Assembly: GCA_020053105.1 (NCBI GenBank)
Contig: JAGVNU010000076.1
Span: 72,005-136,004 of the forward strand
Direction of reading: 5' to 3'
Length of the DNA stretch: 64,000 nucleotides
Source of the DNA: Thermodesulfovibrionia bacterium
GTDB taxonomy: Bacteria; Nitrospirota; Thermodesulfovibrionia; UBA6902
Part shown: one piece after another, positions 9,884 to 18,890 of the stretch
Position numbering within the stretch: position 1 is the stretch's first letter
Layout: the number at the start of each line of letters is the position of its first letter
Notes under the pieces: generated by a model
Told to the model about the DNA's origin: nothing
The model's database searches: none
The model's input: the letters and a program-made list of their open reading frames with translations, nothing else
Made by a program: the position numbers and the translations under genes

Positions 9884-9913
9884 TTGACACCTTCTTTGCC
9901 TGTATATTAATAT
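9884..9913 (+). promoter_or_regulatory. Sigma-70-type promoter candidate, probably leaderless transcript
   Basis: TTGACA-18 nt-TAATAT. The -10 box ends 8 nt before the ATG at 9922. Confidence 0.4.
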
Positions 9914-9921
9914 CTCCCAGG

Positions 9922-10119
9922 ATGACCGAACTCGAAAAATTAAAACACCTGCTCGAACACTGGATAGAACATAATGACGCCCATGTAAAAACTTACAAAG
10001 AATGGGCGGTCAAGGTTGATTCCCTGGGTGAAAAAGAATTGGCCGGGATACTCGGCAGGATTGCGGCTGAAAGCAAGAAACTGGAAGAGTTGTTCAACGA
10101 AGCATTACACAAAATATAG
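9922..10119 (+). CDS. Small helical hypothetical protein (65 aa)
   Basis: The first ATG in the 87-aa track ORF sits at the expected distance from a TTGACA/TAATAT promoter. The protein is predicted helical and charged; no family recognised. Confidence 0.4.
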   Translation: MTELEKLKHLLEHWIEHNDAHVKTYKEWAVKVDSLGEKELAGILGRIAAESKKLEELFNEALHKI

Positions 10120-10176
10120 AAATTAACTGAAACCTCTTGGTCTCATTCAACTTTAACAAATCATCTGAAATAGGTC

Positions 10177-10200
10177 CTGCCGTCATTCGGCAGTCTCTTT
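10177..10200 (+). terminator. Intrinsic terminator candidate
   Basis: CTGCCG-tcatt-CGGCAG hairpin followed by TCTCTTT. Confidence 0.45.
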
Positions 10201-10255
10201 ACCTGCAGTACATTCTGTATTGCAGTCGGTCCTGCGATAGTATAAAATACTTCTT

Positions 10256-11695
10256 ATGAAACCCTGCTTCAACGTGTTGATGAGATGGTATTACCTGATA
10301 ATTTTCATTTCCCTGTACTCCTGCGCCGTCAATCCTGTTTCAGGAGAGAGGGAATTTATGCTCGTCAGCGAGGACCAGGAGGTGAACATCGGCAAGGAAG
10401 CAGCGCCGTCACTGAAATGGGAATTCGGCGGTCCTTATGAGGACAAAGCACTTGAAGCATACCTTGACACGGTTGTTAAGGATTTGTGGAAGAATTCCGA
10501 AAGGCCTGGTCTCCCTGTAAAATTTCATATACAGAATACGTCATTGCCAAATGCCTTCGCCCTTCCCGGGTATGTTGCTATTACAAGAGGACTTCTCAGT
10601 GATATGGAAAACGAGGCCCAGTTTGCCGCGGTCATGGGACACGAAATCGGTCACGTAATGGCCCGTCACACGGCCCAAAGAATATCCCGGATGCAGATGC
10701 AGCAGTTAGGCATCGCGATTGGCGGCGCTGCGCTTCAGGGGAAAAAAGGCAGTGACGCCTTACTCGCCATAGGCGCAGTGGGCAGCAGTCTGCTGCTTTT
10801 AAAATACGACAGGGACCAGGAAATCCAGGCGGACAGACTTGGAGTCAAATACATGGCAGCGTTGGGGTATGAGCCTCATGAAGCGCTGTCCGCCCATAAG
10901 GTGCTTGAGGAGTCCGTGGACAATTACGTAAAGAGACTCGGCAAATCACGGAGTGAGGACAGCTTTGTATCAAACCTGATGTCAACTCACCCAAGGGCTG
11001 AAGTCAGACTTAGTGAAATACAGGACATGATAAATCAGCTCCCGCCCTATTCAATAAAAAGCGATGGCAAGTTCGGCAATAGATTTCAGACGGAAACAAG
11101 GAAAATGAAGGAACTAAATAAAATCTATCATATTTACGATAAGGCCGAGCAGGATTATAAGGAAAAGAAATACAGTGAGGCTGAAAAAGGTCTGCTGGAG
11201 GCCATAAGACTTAACAGCTCACAGCCCCCTTTTCATAACCTTTACGGCTTTATAAAGCTCCAGCAGAAAAATTATGAGGAAGCGGACAGGTCCTTTGCAA
11301 AGGCGCTGTCTATAAGCGCGGGCTACCAGCCTTCAATTTATGGAAAGGGACTTGCGTATTTTTATAAAGGGAATTATGAAAAGGCTGTTCTGGAGTTTAA
11401 AAAGAGCCTTGATGAGTTTCCCGGACACGCACAGACGCATTTCGGATTAGGCAAAAGTTATTACAAGATGAATCAATATTCTGAAGCCCTGCCCTATCTG
11501 GCGAATTTCGCACAGGCTTCGCCTGAACATCCCGAGATTCACGGCCTGCTGGGAATTTGTCTTGATAAAACAAATGATACTAAATCAGCTGTAATAGAAT
11601 ATAAAAATCAATTACAGGTAGCGCCTGATACCGAACTTGGTCAGCACGCCAGAAAAAGGATTGAAGTGCTTGAACCGATTCAGAAAGCGCAATAA
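10256..11695 (+). CDS. M48-family zinc metallopeptidase with C-terminal TPR repeats (BepA/YcaL-like)
   Basis: HEIGH zinc motif (MGHEIGHVMARH), an N-terminal signal/lipobox-like LYSCA, and several TPR-like repeats in the C-terminal half. Confidence 0.8.
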   Translation: MKPCFNVLMRWYYLIIFISLYSCAVNPVSGEREFMLVSEDQEVNIGKEAAPSLKWEFGGPYEDKALEAYLDTVVKDLWKNSERPGLPVKFHIQNTSLPNAFALPGYVAITRGLLSDMENEAQFAAVMGHEIGHVMARHTAQRISRMQMQQLGIAIGGAALQGKKGSDALLAIGAVGSSLLLLKYDRDQEIQADRLGVKYMAALGYEPHEALSAHKVLEESVDNYVKRLGKSRSEDSFVSNLMSTHPRAEVRLSEIQDMINQLPPYSIKSDGKFGNRFQTETRKMKELNKIYHIYDKAEQDYKEKKYSEAEKGLLEAIRLNSSQPPFHNLYGFIKLQQKNYEEADRSFAKALSISAGYQPSIYGKGLAYFYKGNYEKAVLEFKKSLDEFPGHAQTHFGLGKSYYKMNQYSEALPYLANFAQASPEHPEIHGLLGICLDKTNDTKSAVIEYKNQLQVAPDTELGQHARKRIEVLEPIQKAQ

Positions 11696-11756
11696 TCATC
11701 ATCCGGCACCCGGCTGCCTGATTCCTCTTCCCCCGCAATCAAATACACTCAGTATC

Positions 11757-12083
11757 TCATTTTTTTCGAACAAGCATTATATCCGGTATCCGTTCTTTAA
11801 AAGCCACCCCGATGCAGTCCGTTTCGCATCCGGTGCAATGTCCGACGCAGCGGATGAGCACCTGGTTGCCCTTGATTTTAATTAATTCAACATGGCTGTC
11901 ATGAGCTTCCAGAAGCCAGTTTAAATTATGAATAACCTCTAAAACCTGTTTCTCGATCTGGTCCATCAATATCAGCGGTTGCTTTAATTTCAATGCAGCT
12001 CCTGGAAGAACCCGGTCTTTACGCGTTAAATAAATAATATTGACATCCCGTAATCGGGATACAGAGCATTCCTTTATTTGCAA
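11757..12083 (-). CDS. NifU-C-terminal-like small Fe-S scaffold-type protein
   Basis: The C-terminal 70 aa resemble the NifU C-terminal domain (VELIKIKGNQVLIRCVGHCTGCETDC). The start is ambiguous, 12083 or an internal ATG at 11966. TGATATATG just upstream of 12083 would fit the leaderless pattern seen elsewhere in the window. Confidence 0.5.
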   Translation of the reverse strand: MQIKECSVSRLRDVNIIYLTRKDRVLPGAALKLKQPLILMDQIEKQVLEVIHNLNWLLEAHDSHVELIKIKGNQVLIRCVGHCTGCETDCIGVAFKERIPDIMLVRKK

Positions 12084-12233
12084 TGAGCATATATCAGCAG
12101 AAAAATCCGGCTGACCGTAATCTATAGCGCATAATTATAACATTATTAATATTTATCTGACATGCGTGCGCGAAGAATTGAGAGGAGCAGCGCTGCTTTC
12201 CGCACATACTATCGGGAAAGCACGGGCACAAAA

Positions 12234-12764
12234 TCAATGCTTATTTGTATTGTCTCTTATCCACTTTTCTATATTGTCATAAATCTTTTCACAAAATTCA
12301 TATGGAGCTGAAAATTCATCTGTAAATAATATATTTTCTTTTACTATCTTTTCTTTCAACTCAGTGACCTCATGTACTTCTGAGGCAGAGAAACCTTCAA
12401 TGGAGGCGTTGACCTCCTTGAAATAAAACATGACATACGGTTTTTTCAGGGATTTCCATGAATCATATGATAACAAAAATTTGTTCAGATTATCGGATTC
12501 AATTCTGCCGGACTGAGTGTAAAAACGTTTATAAAAAATACAGACAAGAACATCGCACTCATCAGCAACTCTGTTTATAATCGTCTGAGGATCTTCAACG
12601 GAAGGAAAAACATCCTCCCACATTGCCGTGCGAATGGAAACCCCCAGATGACGCAGCAATTCACCTTCATTCAGACCCAGACAGACTTCACGAACTATCT
12701 TTCGTTCAATTACTACATCACCGGGTGAAGCGATTAAAACATTCATGATTCTGCTCGTGTCCAT
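12234..12764 (-). CDS. Stand-alone DUF4062/TIR-like-fold protein (176 aa), unknown function
   Basis: The pattern VLIASPGD..ER...(loop)..WED....P.....ECDVLVCIF.KRF...(PYVMFYFKE) resembles DUF4062-type flavodoxin/TIR-like domains as I recall them. The gene and its flanks are markedly AT-rich. Confidence 0.4.
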   Translation of the reverse strand: MDTSRIMNVLIASPGDVVIERKIVREVCLGLNEGELLRHLGVSIRTAMWEDVFPSVEDPQTIINRVADECDVLVCIFYKRFYTQSGRIESDNLNKFLLSYDSWKSLKKPYVMFYFKEVNASIEGFSASEVHEVTELKEKIVKENILFTDEFSAPYEFCEKIYDNIEKWIRDNTNKH

Positions 12765-12895
12765 TAATATCCCCGAGGCCGAAATATTTTTACAACAGGC
12801 GTGATATTTAAGTATAGTAAATTTTTGATTTTTACTGTTATTAATTTTTTTAAAGATATTATAAGACTGGAGACAGAGCGTTCCTGTAATGGGGG

Positions 12896-13546
12896 TTACA
12901 GTATATATTCTTTAACGTAAATTTCTTCAGCAATCAGGGAGTCGACAGCAAGAGTGGTTTCATCGATCTCCAGTACGAACGAAGGCCTTTTCTGCTTCAA
13001 TCTTACGATACTGCCGGGGACAATGCCCATAGTGGCAAGACGCTCAAGCCGAGTGCTTTCAGAAGGTCTAATAAAGACAATCCTGCCCTTTAAGCCTACT
13101 TCAAGCTCTTTCAACTGCATTACAAGTGGCCTGTATTCAGAACTGTATTTAGAACAGCATTCGCCCCTTGGAATAGGTTTGCCGTGAGGGCAGGTCGGCG
13201 GGTGCCCCAGGAAAGAGCAAACACTGTCCGTTACGGATGGGGAAAGAAAATGCTCTATTTCACACGCGGTCTCTTCACTTTCTTCCATCCCTACTTCAAG
13301 CACATCATGAAAGAGTCTTTCGGCAAGACGATGACGGCGTGTCAGGTCCCTGCCTCGGGCCTCACCTTTATCTGTAAATTCAATGTCAGCGCCTGAAATG
13401 TTTACATAACCCGATTTTTCCATTTTTCGAATCATGTCAGAGGTATCCTTGTCAGCGATTCCTTCAATAACATCAGAGTAACTTTTTAAACCCTTTTCTC
13501 TTAACGACCACAGCAATTCCAGGATTTCATCTCTTAATTTGTTCAC
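12896..13546 (-). CDS. DtxR/MntR-family metal-dependent repressor with C-terminal FeoA-like domain
   Basis: N-terminal winged helix, an RRHRLAERLFHDVL dimerisation/metal-site helix, a CPHGKPIP segment, and a C-terminal SH3-like FeoA region. Confidence 0.8.
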   Translation of the reverse strand: MNKLRDEILELLWSLREKGLKSYSDVIEGIADKDTSDMIRKMEKSGYVNISGADIEFTDKGEARGRDLTRRHRLAERLFHDVLEVGMEESEETACEIEHFLSPSVTDSVCSFLGHPPTCPHGKPIPRGECCSKYSSEYRPLVMQLKELEVGLKGRIVFIRPSESTRLERLATMGIVPGSIVRLKQKRPSFVLEIDETTLAVDSLIAEEIYVKEYIL

Positions 13547-13575
13547 TATTATTACACCCCCATATTATCAACAAG

Positions 13576-14583
13576 TTACTGCCAGACACCGTCTATTATG
13601 ACTGAACATTTAGAACATTTGCCATCCTTTATTTTATTCTGTAATATCTGATATCCGACCCGATGAATGAGAAGCTCCCCGCAGTCCGGACAATATGTAT
13701 TTTCTCCCCCTTCGCCGGGAACATTACCTTCGTATACATACTTAAGGCCCTTCGAGAGGCCCATGTCCCTGGCCCGTCTCAAAGTCTGCACCGGTGTTCT
13801 CGGCTGGTCCAAAAGCTCAAACGTAGGATAAAATTGCGACACATGCCATGGGATGGCAGCATCAACTGATTTAATAAATTCGACAATGCCGTTCAGATCT
13901 TCTTCTGAATCATTATGTGACGGGATGATAAGGGTCGTAACTTCCACCCATACTCCCATTTCTTTCATCAATTTAATAGTGTCCAATACAGGCTGCTGCC
14001 TTGCTCCGCATATTTTTTTATAAAATTCATCACTGCCTTTTAAATCAATATTGTTCCCGTCAAGAAAGGGCGCTATTGCCTTTGTCGCCTCCGGACCTGT
14101 ATACCCGTTACTGACAAAAACATTCTTAAGTCCCTTCTCATGCGCAAGCCTGGCGCAGTCATAGGCAAATTCAAAAAAAATAGACGGCTCGGTATACGTA
14201 TAAGAGATGCTCCTGCAGCCTGCCCTTTCAGCGGCCTTGACCACCTCCTCAGGAGAAATACTGTCACCGGGAATATCCGCGTGTTTTTTTGGATACTGGG
14301 ATATGTCGTAGTTCTGGCAGTGCCTGCATTTAAAATTGCAGCCTGCTGTCGCTATCGACATGGAGGTTGACCCTGGAAGAAAATGGAACAGTGGTTTTTT
14401 CTCAATGGGGTCAATATTCATGGATATTAGTTTCCCGTAGACCAGACTGTACAGGGTCCCCTCTCTGTTCTCCCTTACCCCGCATATGCCTCTCTTGTCT
14501 TCAGAGATAATACAGTGGTGAGCGCATAGGAAGCATCTTACATTCTGCTTATCAAGTTTTTCATAAAACATGGCCTCTTTCAT
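13576..14583 (-). CDS. AmmeMemoRadiSam-system-type radical SAM enzyme (PFL-activase-like)
   Basis: CNFKCRHCQN radical-SAM cluster motif. The N-terminal VRCFLCAHHCIISEDKRGICGVREN and C-terminal YCPDCG...CSKC motifs are typical of this family. Confidence 0.75.
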   Translation of the reverse strand: MKEAMFYEKLDKQNVRCFLCAHHCIISEDKRGICGVRENREGTLYSLVYGKLISMNIDPIEKKPLFHFLPGSTSMSIATAGCNFKCRHCQNYDISQYPKKHADIPGDSISPEEVVKAAERAGCRSISYTYTEPSIFFEFAYDCARLAHEKGLKNVFVSNGYTGPEATKAIAPFLDGNNIDLKGSDEFYKKICGARQQPVLDTIKLMKEMGVWVEVTTLIIPSHNDSEEDLNGIVEFIKSVDAAIPWHVSQFYPTFELLDQPRTPVQTLRRARDMGLSKGLKYVYEGNVPGEGGENTYCPDCGELLIHRVGYQILQNKIKDGKCSKCSVIIDGVWQ

Positions 14584-14589
14584 AGCATC

Positions 14590-14598
14590 ATTATATCA
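14590..14598 (-). promoter_or_regulatory. Extended -10 promoter (TGATATAAT), probable leaderless start
   Basis: On the minus strand, TGATATAAT ends 6 nt before the ATG at 14583. No SD lies in between. Confidence 0.45.
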
Positions 14599-14712
14599 TA
14601 GGGATTGGTGGCAACCTAGGAAGAATAAACGCAACATCTCCCCCTCAGTATGCACTAAAATTTGTCCTCATAAGGTATAATTGAATGATTTTAGAAGGAG
14701 ATTATTTAAGCT

Positions 14713-16065
14713 ATGGCTAAAGCGGCAAAAGCGACGATACTGCTGGTTGATGATGAAAAGAGCATACTCGAAGCGTTAAGCGGTATTATCGAGGATGAAG
14801 GGCACCAGGTCATCACGGCATCTTCGGGCGAAAGCGCTCTCACAAAATACTCCGAGTCTTCGCCTGACATCGTGTTTCTCGATGTATGGATGCCGGGTAT
14901 GGACGGCATAGAGACCCTCAAGGCCCTGAAGAAGAAAAATAAAGATGTATGCGTAATAATGATTTCCGGTCACAGCAATATAGACACGGCAGTCCATGCA
15001 ATTAAGCTGGGGGCCTATGACTTTCTTGAGAAACCCCTCTCGCTTGACAAGGTGCTGATCCTTACAAGAAGGGCAGTTGAGAAGCAGATGCTCGAGAAGG
15101 AAAACATTGCCCTTAAAAGCAGCATATCCCAGCAGTGGGAAATTATCGGGGACAACCACAAGATGATCGAGCTGAAAGACAAGATATCAAAGGCGGCGGT
15201 TTCTCAGGGCAGGGTCCTCATTTTAGGTGAAAGCGGCTCCGGCAAGGAACTGGTCGCAAGGGCCTTACATGAGGGAAGCAGCAGAAAAAATAATAATTTC
15301 ATAGAAGTAAACTGCGCGGCAATTCCTAATGAGCTTATCGAGAGTGAGCTGTTCGGCCATGAGAAAGGCTCTTTTACAGGGGCCTTTGAAAGTAAGCGGG
15401 GAAAATTTGAACTGGCGCATGAGGGGACCCTCTTCCTTGATGAAATCGGCGACATGTCCCAGGTCACACAGGCCAAGGTGCTCAGGATAATCGAAACACA
15501 GGAATTTCAGAAAGTCGGAGGCAGCAAGAATATTAAAGTGGATGTACGGATAATCGCGGCTACGAACAAAGACCTGGAGGAACAAATCCGGATAGGGAAT
15601 TTCAGGGAAGACCTGTATTTCAGATTAAATGTCATTCCCATTGAGGTCCCTCCGCTCAGGGGGAGAAAAAGCGATATCCCGATCCTTGTTGAACACTTCC
15701 TTGATAATTTCTCCAAGCAGTACGGGCAAAAGAAAAAAAGCGTAAGCAGGACCACTTTACGCGCTTTAATGGAATACGACTGGCCCGGCAATGTCAGGGA
15801 ACTTAAAAATACAATTGAACGCTTTGTCATTATGAATCCCTCAGACATTATCGACGTTACAGATGTCCAACCTGTCAGGGTAGTGAAATCGGATTATACG
15901 GCATTTAAGACATTAAGAGATGCGAGGGAAAATTTCGAGAAGGACTTTATTCTGAAAAAACTTCAGGAAAACAACTGGAACGTTTCAAAAACAGCAGAAG
16001 ACCTGGACATCGAGAGAAGCAACCTCCACAGAAAAATTAAATCACTCGGTATAGAAACCCCTTAA
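14713..16065 (+). CDS. Sigma-54-dependent response regulator (NtrC family: REC + AAA+ + Fis-type HTH)
   Basis: REC domain (LLVDDE...LDVWMPGMDG), Walker A GESGSGKE, a GAFTGA-region variant GSFTGA, an ESELFGHEKG segment, and a C-terminal HTH. Confidence 0.9.
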   Translation: MAKAAKATILLVDDEKSILEALSGIIEDEGHQVITASSGESALTKYSESSPDIVFLDVWMPGMDGIETLKALKKKNKDVCVIMISGHSNIDTAVHAIKLGAYDFLEKPLSLDKVLILTRRAVEKQMLEKENIALKSSISQQWEIIGDNHKMIELKDKISKAAVSQGRVLILGESGSGKELVARALHEGSSRKNNNFIEVNCAAIPNELIESELFGHEKGSFTGAFESKRGKFELAHEGTLFLDEIGDMSQVTQAKVLRIIETQEFQKVGGSKNIKVDVRIIAATNKDLEEQIRIGNFREDLYFRLNVIPIEVPPLRGRKSDIPILVEHFLDNFSKQYGQKKKSVSRTTLRALMEYDWPGNVRELKNTIERFVIMNPSDIIDVTDVQPVRVVKSDYTAFKTLRDARENFEKDFILKKLQENNWNVSKTAEDLDIERSNLHRKIKSLGIETP

Positions 16066-16081
16066 AATCCCTTTTGTCGGG

Positions 16082-16789
16082 CTACTGAGCTTCTTCCTGG
16101 TGCGGGTCAACGGTTTCAGGCGCTTCAGGCGTTTGCAGTGTCTGAGGTGCTTCAGCAGGCGGAACACTTGGCGGAACGGCCCGTGTCGGCCTTCTGCGAG
16201 GGGGGACAGGCCTTGCACGACGCTGTGGCGCGGTCCCGGGACTTCCTATCTGGCGCCCGGGCTGGGAAGGCTGGGTCACAATCGGAGGCCTGGTTATGGG
16301 CCTGCTTGGGGCCTGAACTCCCTTATCGTCCCTTAATCTTACTTCAACTTTTTCGTCATTTCCCAGTAACACGACTTTGTCTTCATGGATTTCCAGGACC
16401 TTATACCCGGAAATAGTGTCATTTATACGATACACCTTTGTTGTCTTTGTATCAGACTGTTCAAGGATCGCGGTTTTATTGTCATTAAGTATGACCGTTC
16501 CAAACAGCTTGGGCGGACTGGGAAGCGGAGGCTTTTCAGCAGCTTTATTTTCAACTGACGGCGCTGTCCTCGAAGGCCTGAAAAGATCCAGAACCGATAT
16601 CGGCTCAAAGGCATTCTCATCAAGAGTCTTTTCCGTATGCCCTGCAGCGGTATCTTCTTTCCTGACCTCTCCGGGGACTGCTTCTGCCGGCATCTCCGCC
16701 CTGTATTTAACGACATCATATAATTTATTGCCGAGAAATCCGATGACTACTATAAGAAGAAGATTTAACAGGAAATAATTACGTATCAT
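16082..16789 (-). CDS. T2SS GspC/PilP-like inner-membrane component with Pro-rich C-terminal tail
   Basis: N-terminal TM helix and a central beta-rich segment (TAILEQSD...YRINDTISGYKVLEIHEDKVVL) like the GspC HR/PilP domain. The C-terminal 80 aa are Pro/Arg-rich. It is the last gene of the gsp operon and overlaps the gspM stop. Confidence 0.5.
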   Translation of the reverse strand: MIRNYFLLNLLLIVVIGFLGNKLYDVVKYRAEMPAEAVPGEVRKEDTAAGHTEKTLDENAFEPISVLDLFRPSRTAPSVENKAAEKPPLPSPPKLFGTVILNDNKTAILEQSDTKTTKVYRINDTISGYKVLEIHEDKVVLLGNDEKVEVRLRDDKGVQAPSRPITRPPIVTQPSQPGRQIGSPGTAPQRRARPVPPRRRPTRAVPPSVPPAEAPQTLQTPEAPETVDPHQEEAQ

Positions 16790-17382
16790 TTCTTATCCTC
16801 TTTCCCGGCGGGCGCCTTGTCTCCGGCCTTCTTTATAAAACCTGTTACAACCAGAGTCGTATATATTTCATCCGGCTTGCTGATATTGGTGACCCTTACC
16901 TGAATTTCAGATACGTTAAGCAGAAACGGCGACTTACGCAGTTTTAATAGAAGTTCCTTTAATCCCTTGGTGTACGAGGTAAATCCTATCTCAACGGGAA
17001 TTCCAAGATATAACGGGCCGTCAACCGGATTCAGGGTCCTTTCCTGTTTAATTTCAATCTGGAGAGAAGCTGCCGTTTCCTTGAGAAATCTCTGCAGCGC
17101 CGCAGCCGCCACCGGAGGCGTGTTTCCGCCCAGCAGCGCCTTCTCCTGCCTGTCGAGTTCCTGCGTAACGGCCTCTAACCGTTTTTGAACAATATCTTTC
17201 CCTGATATCTTTTCCATCTGCTTCTGCAGCATAAGAAGCCTGGCCTCTGAAAACTCCTTTACATTTTTTTTAGTATCACTGTACCAGGAAAACATGTAGA
17301 ATGCCAATATCAGCAGCGCAACAATTCCGCCGATAATAAGGGCCCTCTTTTCTCTCTCATTCACCTTGATCGGCAGGTTCAT
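16786..17382 (-). CDS. gspM: T2SS protein GspM/PilO-like
   Basis: Single N-terminal TM helix, a coiled coil, and a C-terminal alpha/beta domain. Position and 4-nt overlaps place it within the gsp operon. Confidence 0.55.
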   Translation of the reverse strand: MNLPIKVNEREKRALIIGGIVALLILAFYMFSWYSDTKKNVKEFSEARLLMLQKQMEKISGKDIVQKRLEAVTQELDRQEKALLGGNTPPVAAAALQRFLKETAASLQIEIKQERTLNPVDGPLYLGIPVEIGFTSYTKGLKELLLKLRKSPFLLNVSEIQVRVTNISKPDEIYTTLVVTGFIKKAGDKAPAGKEDKK

Positions 17383-18890
17383 TTGGCCCCACTTTCCACG
17401 CCCGGCGGCAGGACAACCTTTGCGCTGAGTTTAAACTGCTCGTTGTCTTTGGTCTTTTTTATGGGCCCCACAAATTCAACCTTTTCGAAATACGGGGAAT
17501 CTTCCAGAATGGAAATCAAGTTTGATGAGGAAGCGGCATAACCGCTGATAATTAATTCACCGGTGACCTTCTTCTTATCGGCAGCATCCATCCCCTTATA
17601 ATTAAGACTGGTGACCCAGGAATCCTTCGGCATCAGTTTCGCAAATTCGGCAAGAATTTCAAGGGCGATCTCATTGTCCTTATATCTGTAAAGCAGATCG
17701 CTTCTCTCCTTAAGAGAAGATATGTCCTTCAACATCGCTTCCAGCGCCTTTACTTCAGGTTCATTTTTGTTAATTTTTTCTTCAACTGTTTCAAGATATT
17801 TCTTCTGCCTGGCAGCTTCAGTAGCGAAGATCCCCACCAGCAGGACGAGGATTGCAACAAGAAATATTTTAGTAGTTAAGGGTGCGATTCTCCTGATTTC
17901 ATAATCCGCCTTGTGCGGCAGAAGGTTAATTTTATATGTTCCCAGCCCAAGTCCCGCAAAACAGGCGCCGATGGAAGAAGACGCTCCGTTCATATTTACG
18001 CCCCTCAGTTTGCCGGACAATTTTTCCACCTGTTTGACAGTAATAACGTCGACCCTGATCTTTTCGTTCAACTCATCCTTCAACGCCTCAATAGAAGGCA
18101 AATCACCGGAAAGCAGGAGTTTGTTGAAATGCTCCAGCAGCAGTGAAGACTGTATCTCGGCCAGGTATTGAGATATATCATTTAAAAAGACCTCAGGCGC
18201 CCCGGACAAATCAAGCGTAAAAGACCTCATATGCGTACAGAGACCGTCCCTGATAATCGCTACACTGGCGTGTTTCTTGTCGATATAAACTGAAATATTG
18301 TTTTCGTCTTTTTTCCCCAGAATGGCCGACCTTCTCACAATCCCTATGATATCCTGCCACCCTCCGACCGACACTTCGCTTAACTCGATTGAGTTTAATA
18401 CCGCGAAAGATGATATGGTGATGGCATTGGCCTGAAGGGACAGCTTCCCGAGATAGTCCTTAACTATGTTTATCTTATCTTTCTGGACCGCGGCGAATAC
18501 CACAGAGTTTCTCGTGCCCTTCGTATCCATCACCAGAAAGTCAAATGCAACGTCGTCTATTTCAAACGGGATATGCCGCTCAATTTCAAACTTCATGAGA
18601 TTGGCAAGCGCGCCCTTGCCCTTCCCCTTCATCGAAGGTATGTCGATGAACTTCGTGATCGCCCATCTGTCGGGAACGCTGACAAAGACCTTGTTTACAT
18701 TTGTTCCATGCCGGCTGATGAAGCCCCTGACATCATCAGAGACATTCTCCTCAAATTTCAGCGGAAATGCCGAAGAGGACAGCAGGCTGATTCCAGACAA
18801 TCTGTTTTTGAGATACGTAATTACGATAGTATCTTCCTTAAACTCTATGCCAAGATACGTGCCGAATACATTATCCAATAATGTTGTCAT
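17379..18890 (-). CDS. gspL: T2SS protein GspL-type (PilM-like cytoplasmic domain, TM, PilN-like periplasmic domain)
   Basis: 503 aa with an actin-like N-terminal domain, a central TM (IFLVAILVLLVGIF) and a periplasmic C-terminal domain. Operon position lies between gspK and gspM. Confidence 0.6.
   Translation of the reverse strand: MTTLLDNVFGTYLGIEFKEDTIVITYLKNRLSGISLLSSSAFPLKFEENVSDDVRGFISRHGTNVNKVFVSVPDRWAITKFIDIPSMKGKGKGALANLMKFEIERHIPFEIDDVAFDFLVMDTKGTRNSVVFAAVQKDKINIVKDYLGKLSLQANAITISSFAVLNSIELSEVSVGGWQDIIGIVRRSAILGKKDENNISVYIDKKHASVAIIRDGLCTHMRSFTLDLSGAPEVFLNDISQYLAEIQSSLLLEHFNKLLLSGDLPSIEALKDELNEKIRVDVITVKQVEKLSGKLRGVNMNGASSSIGACFAGLGLGTYKINLLPHKADYEIRRIAPLTTKIFLVAILVLLVGIFATEAARQKKYLETVEEKINKNEPEVKALEAMLKDISSLKERSDLLYRYKDNEIALEILAEFAKLMPKDSWVTSLNYKGMDAADKKKVTGELIISGYAASSSNLISILEDSPYFEKVEFVGPIKKTKDNEQFKLSAKVVLPPGVESGAK

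Noticed and set aside
13576-14583. AmmeMemoRadiSam-type radical SAM gene lacking adjacent AMMECR1 and Memo partners, considered as an anomaly.
   Set aside because: The partner genes are often unlinked in bacteria. Absence from a 64 kb window is not informative.
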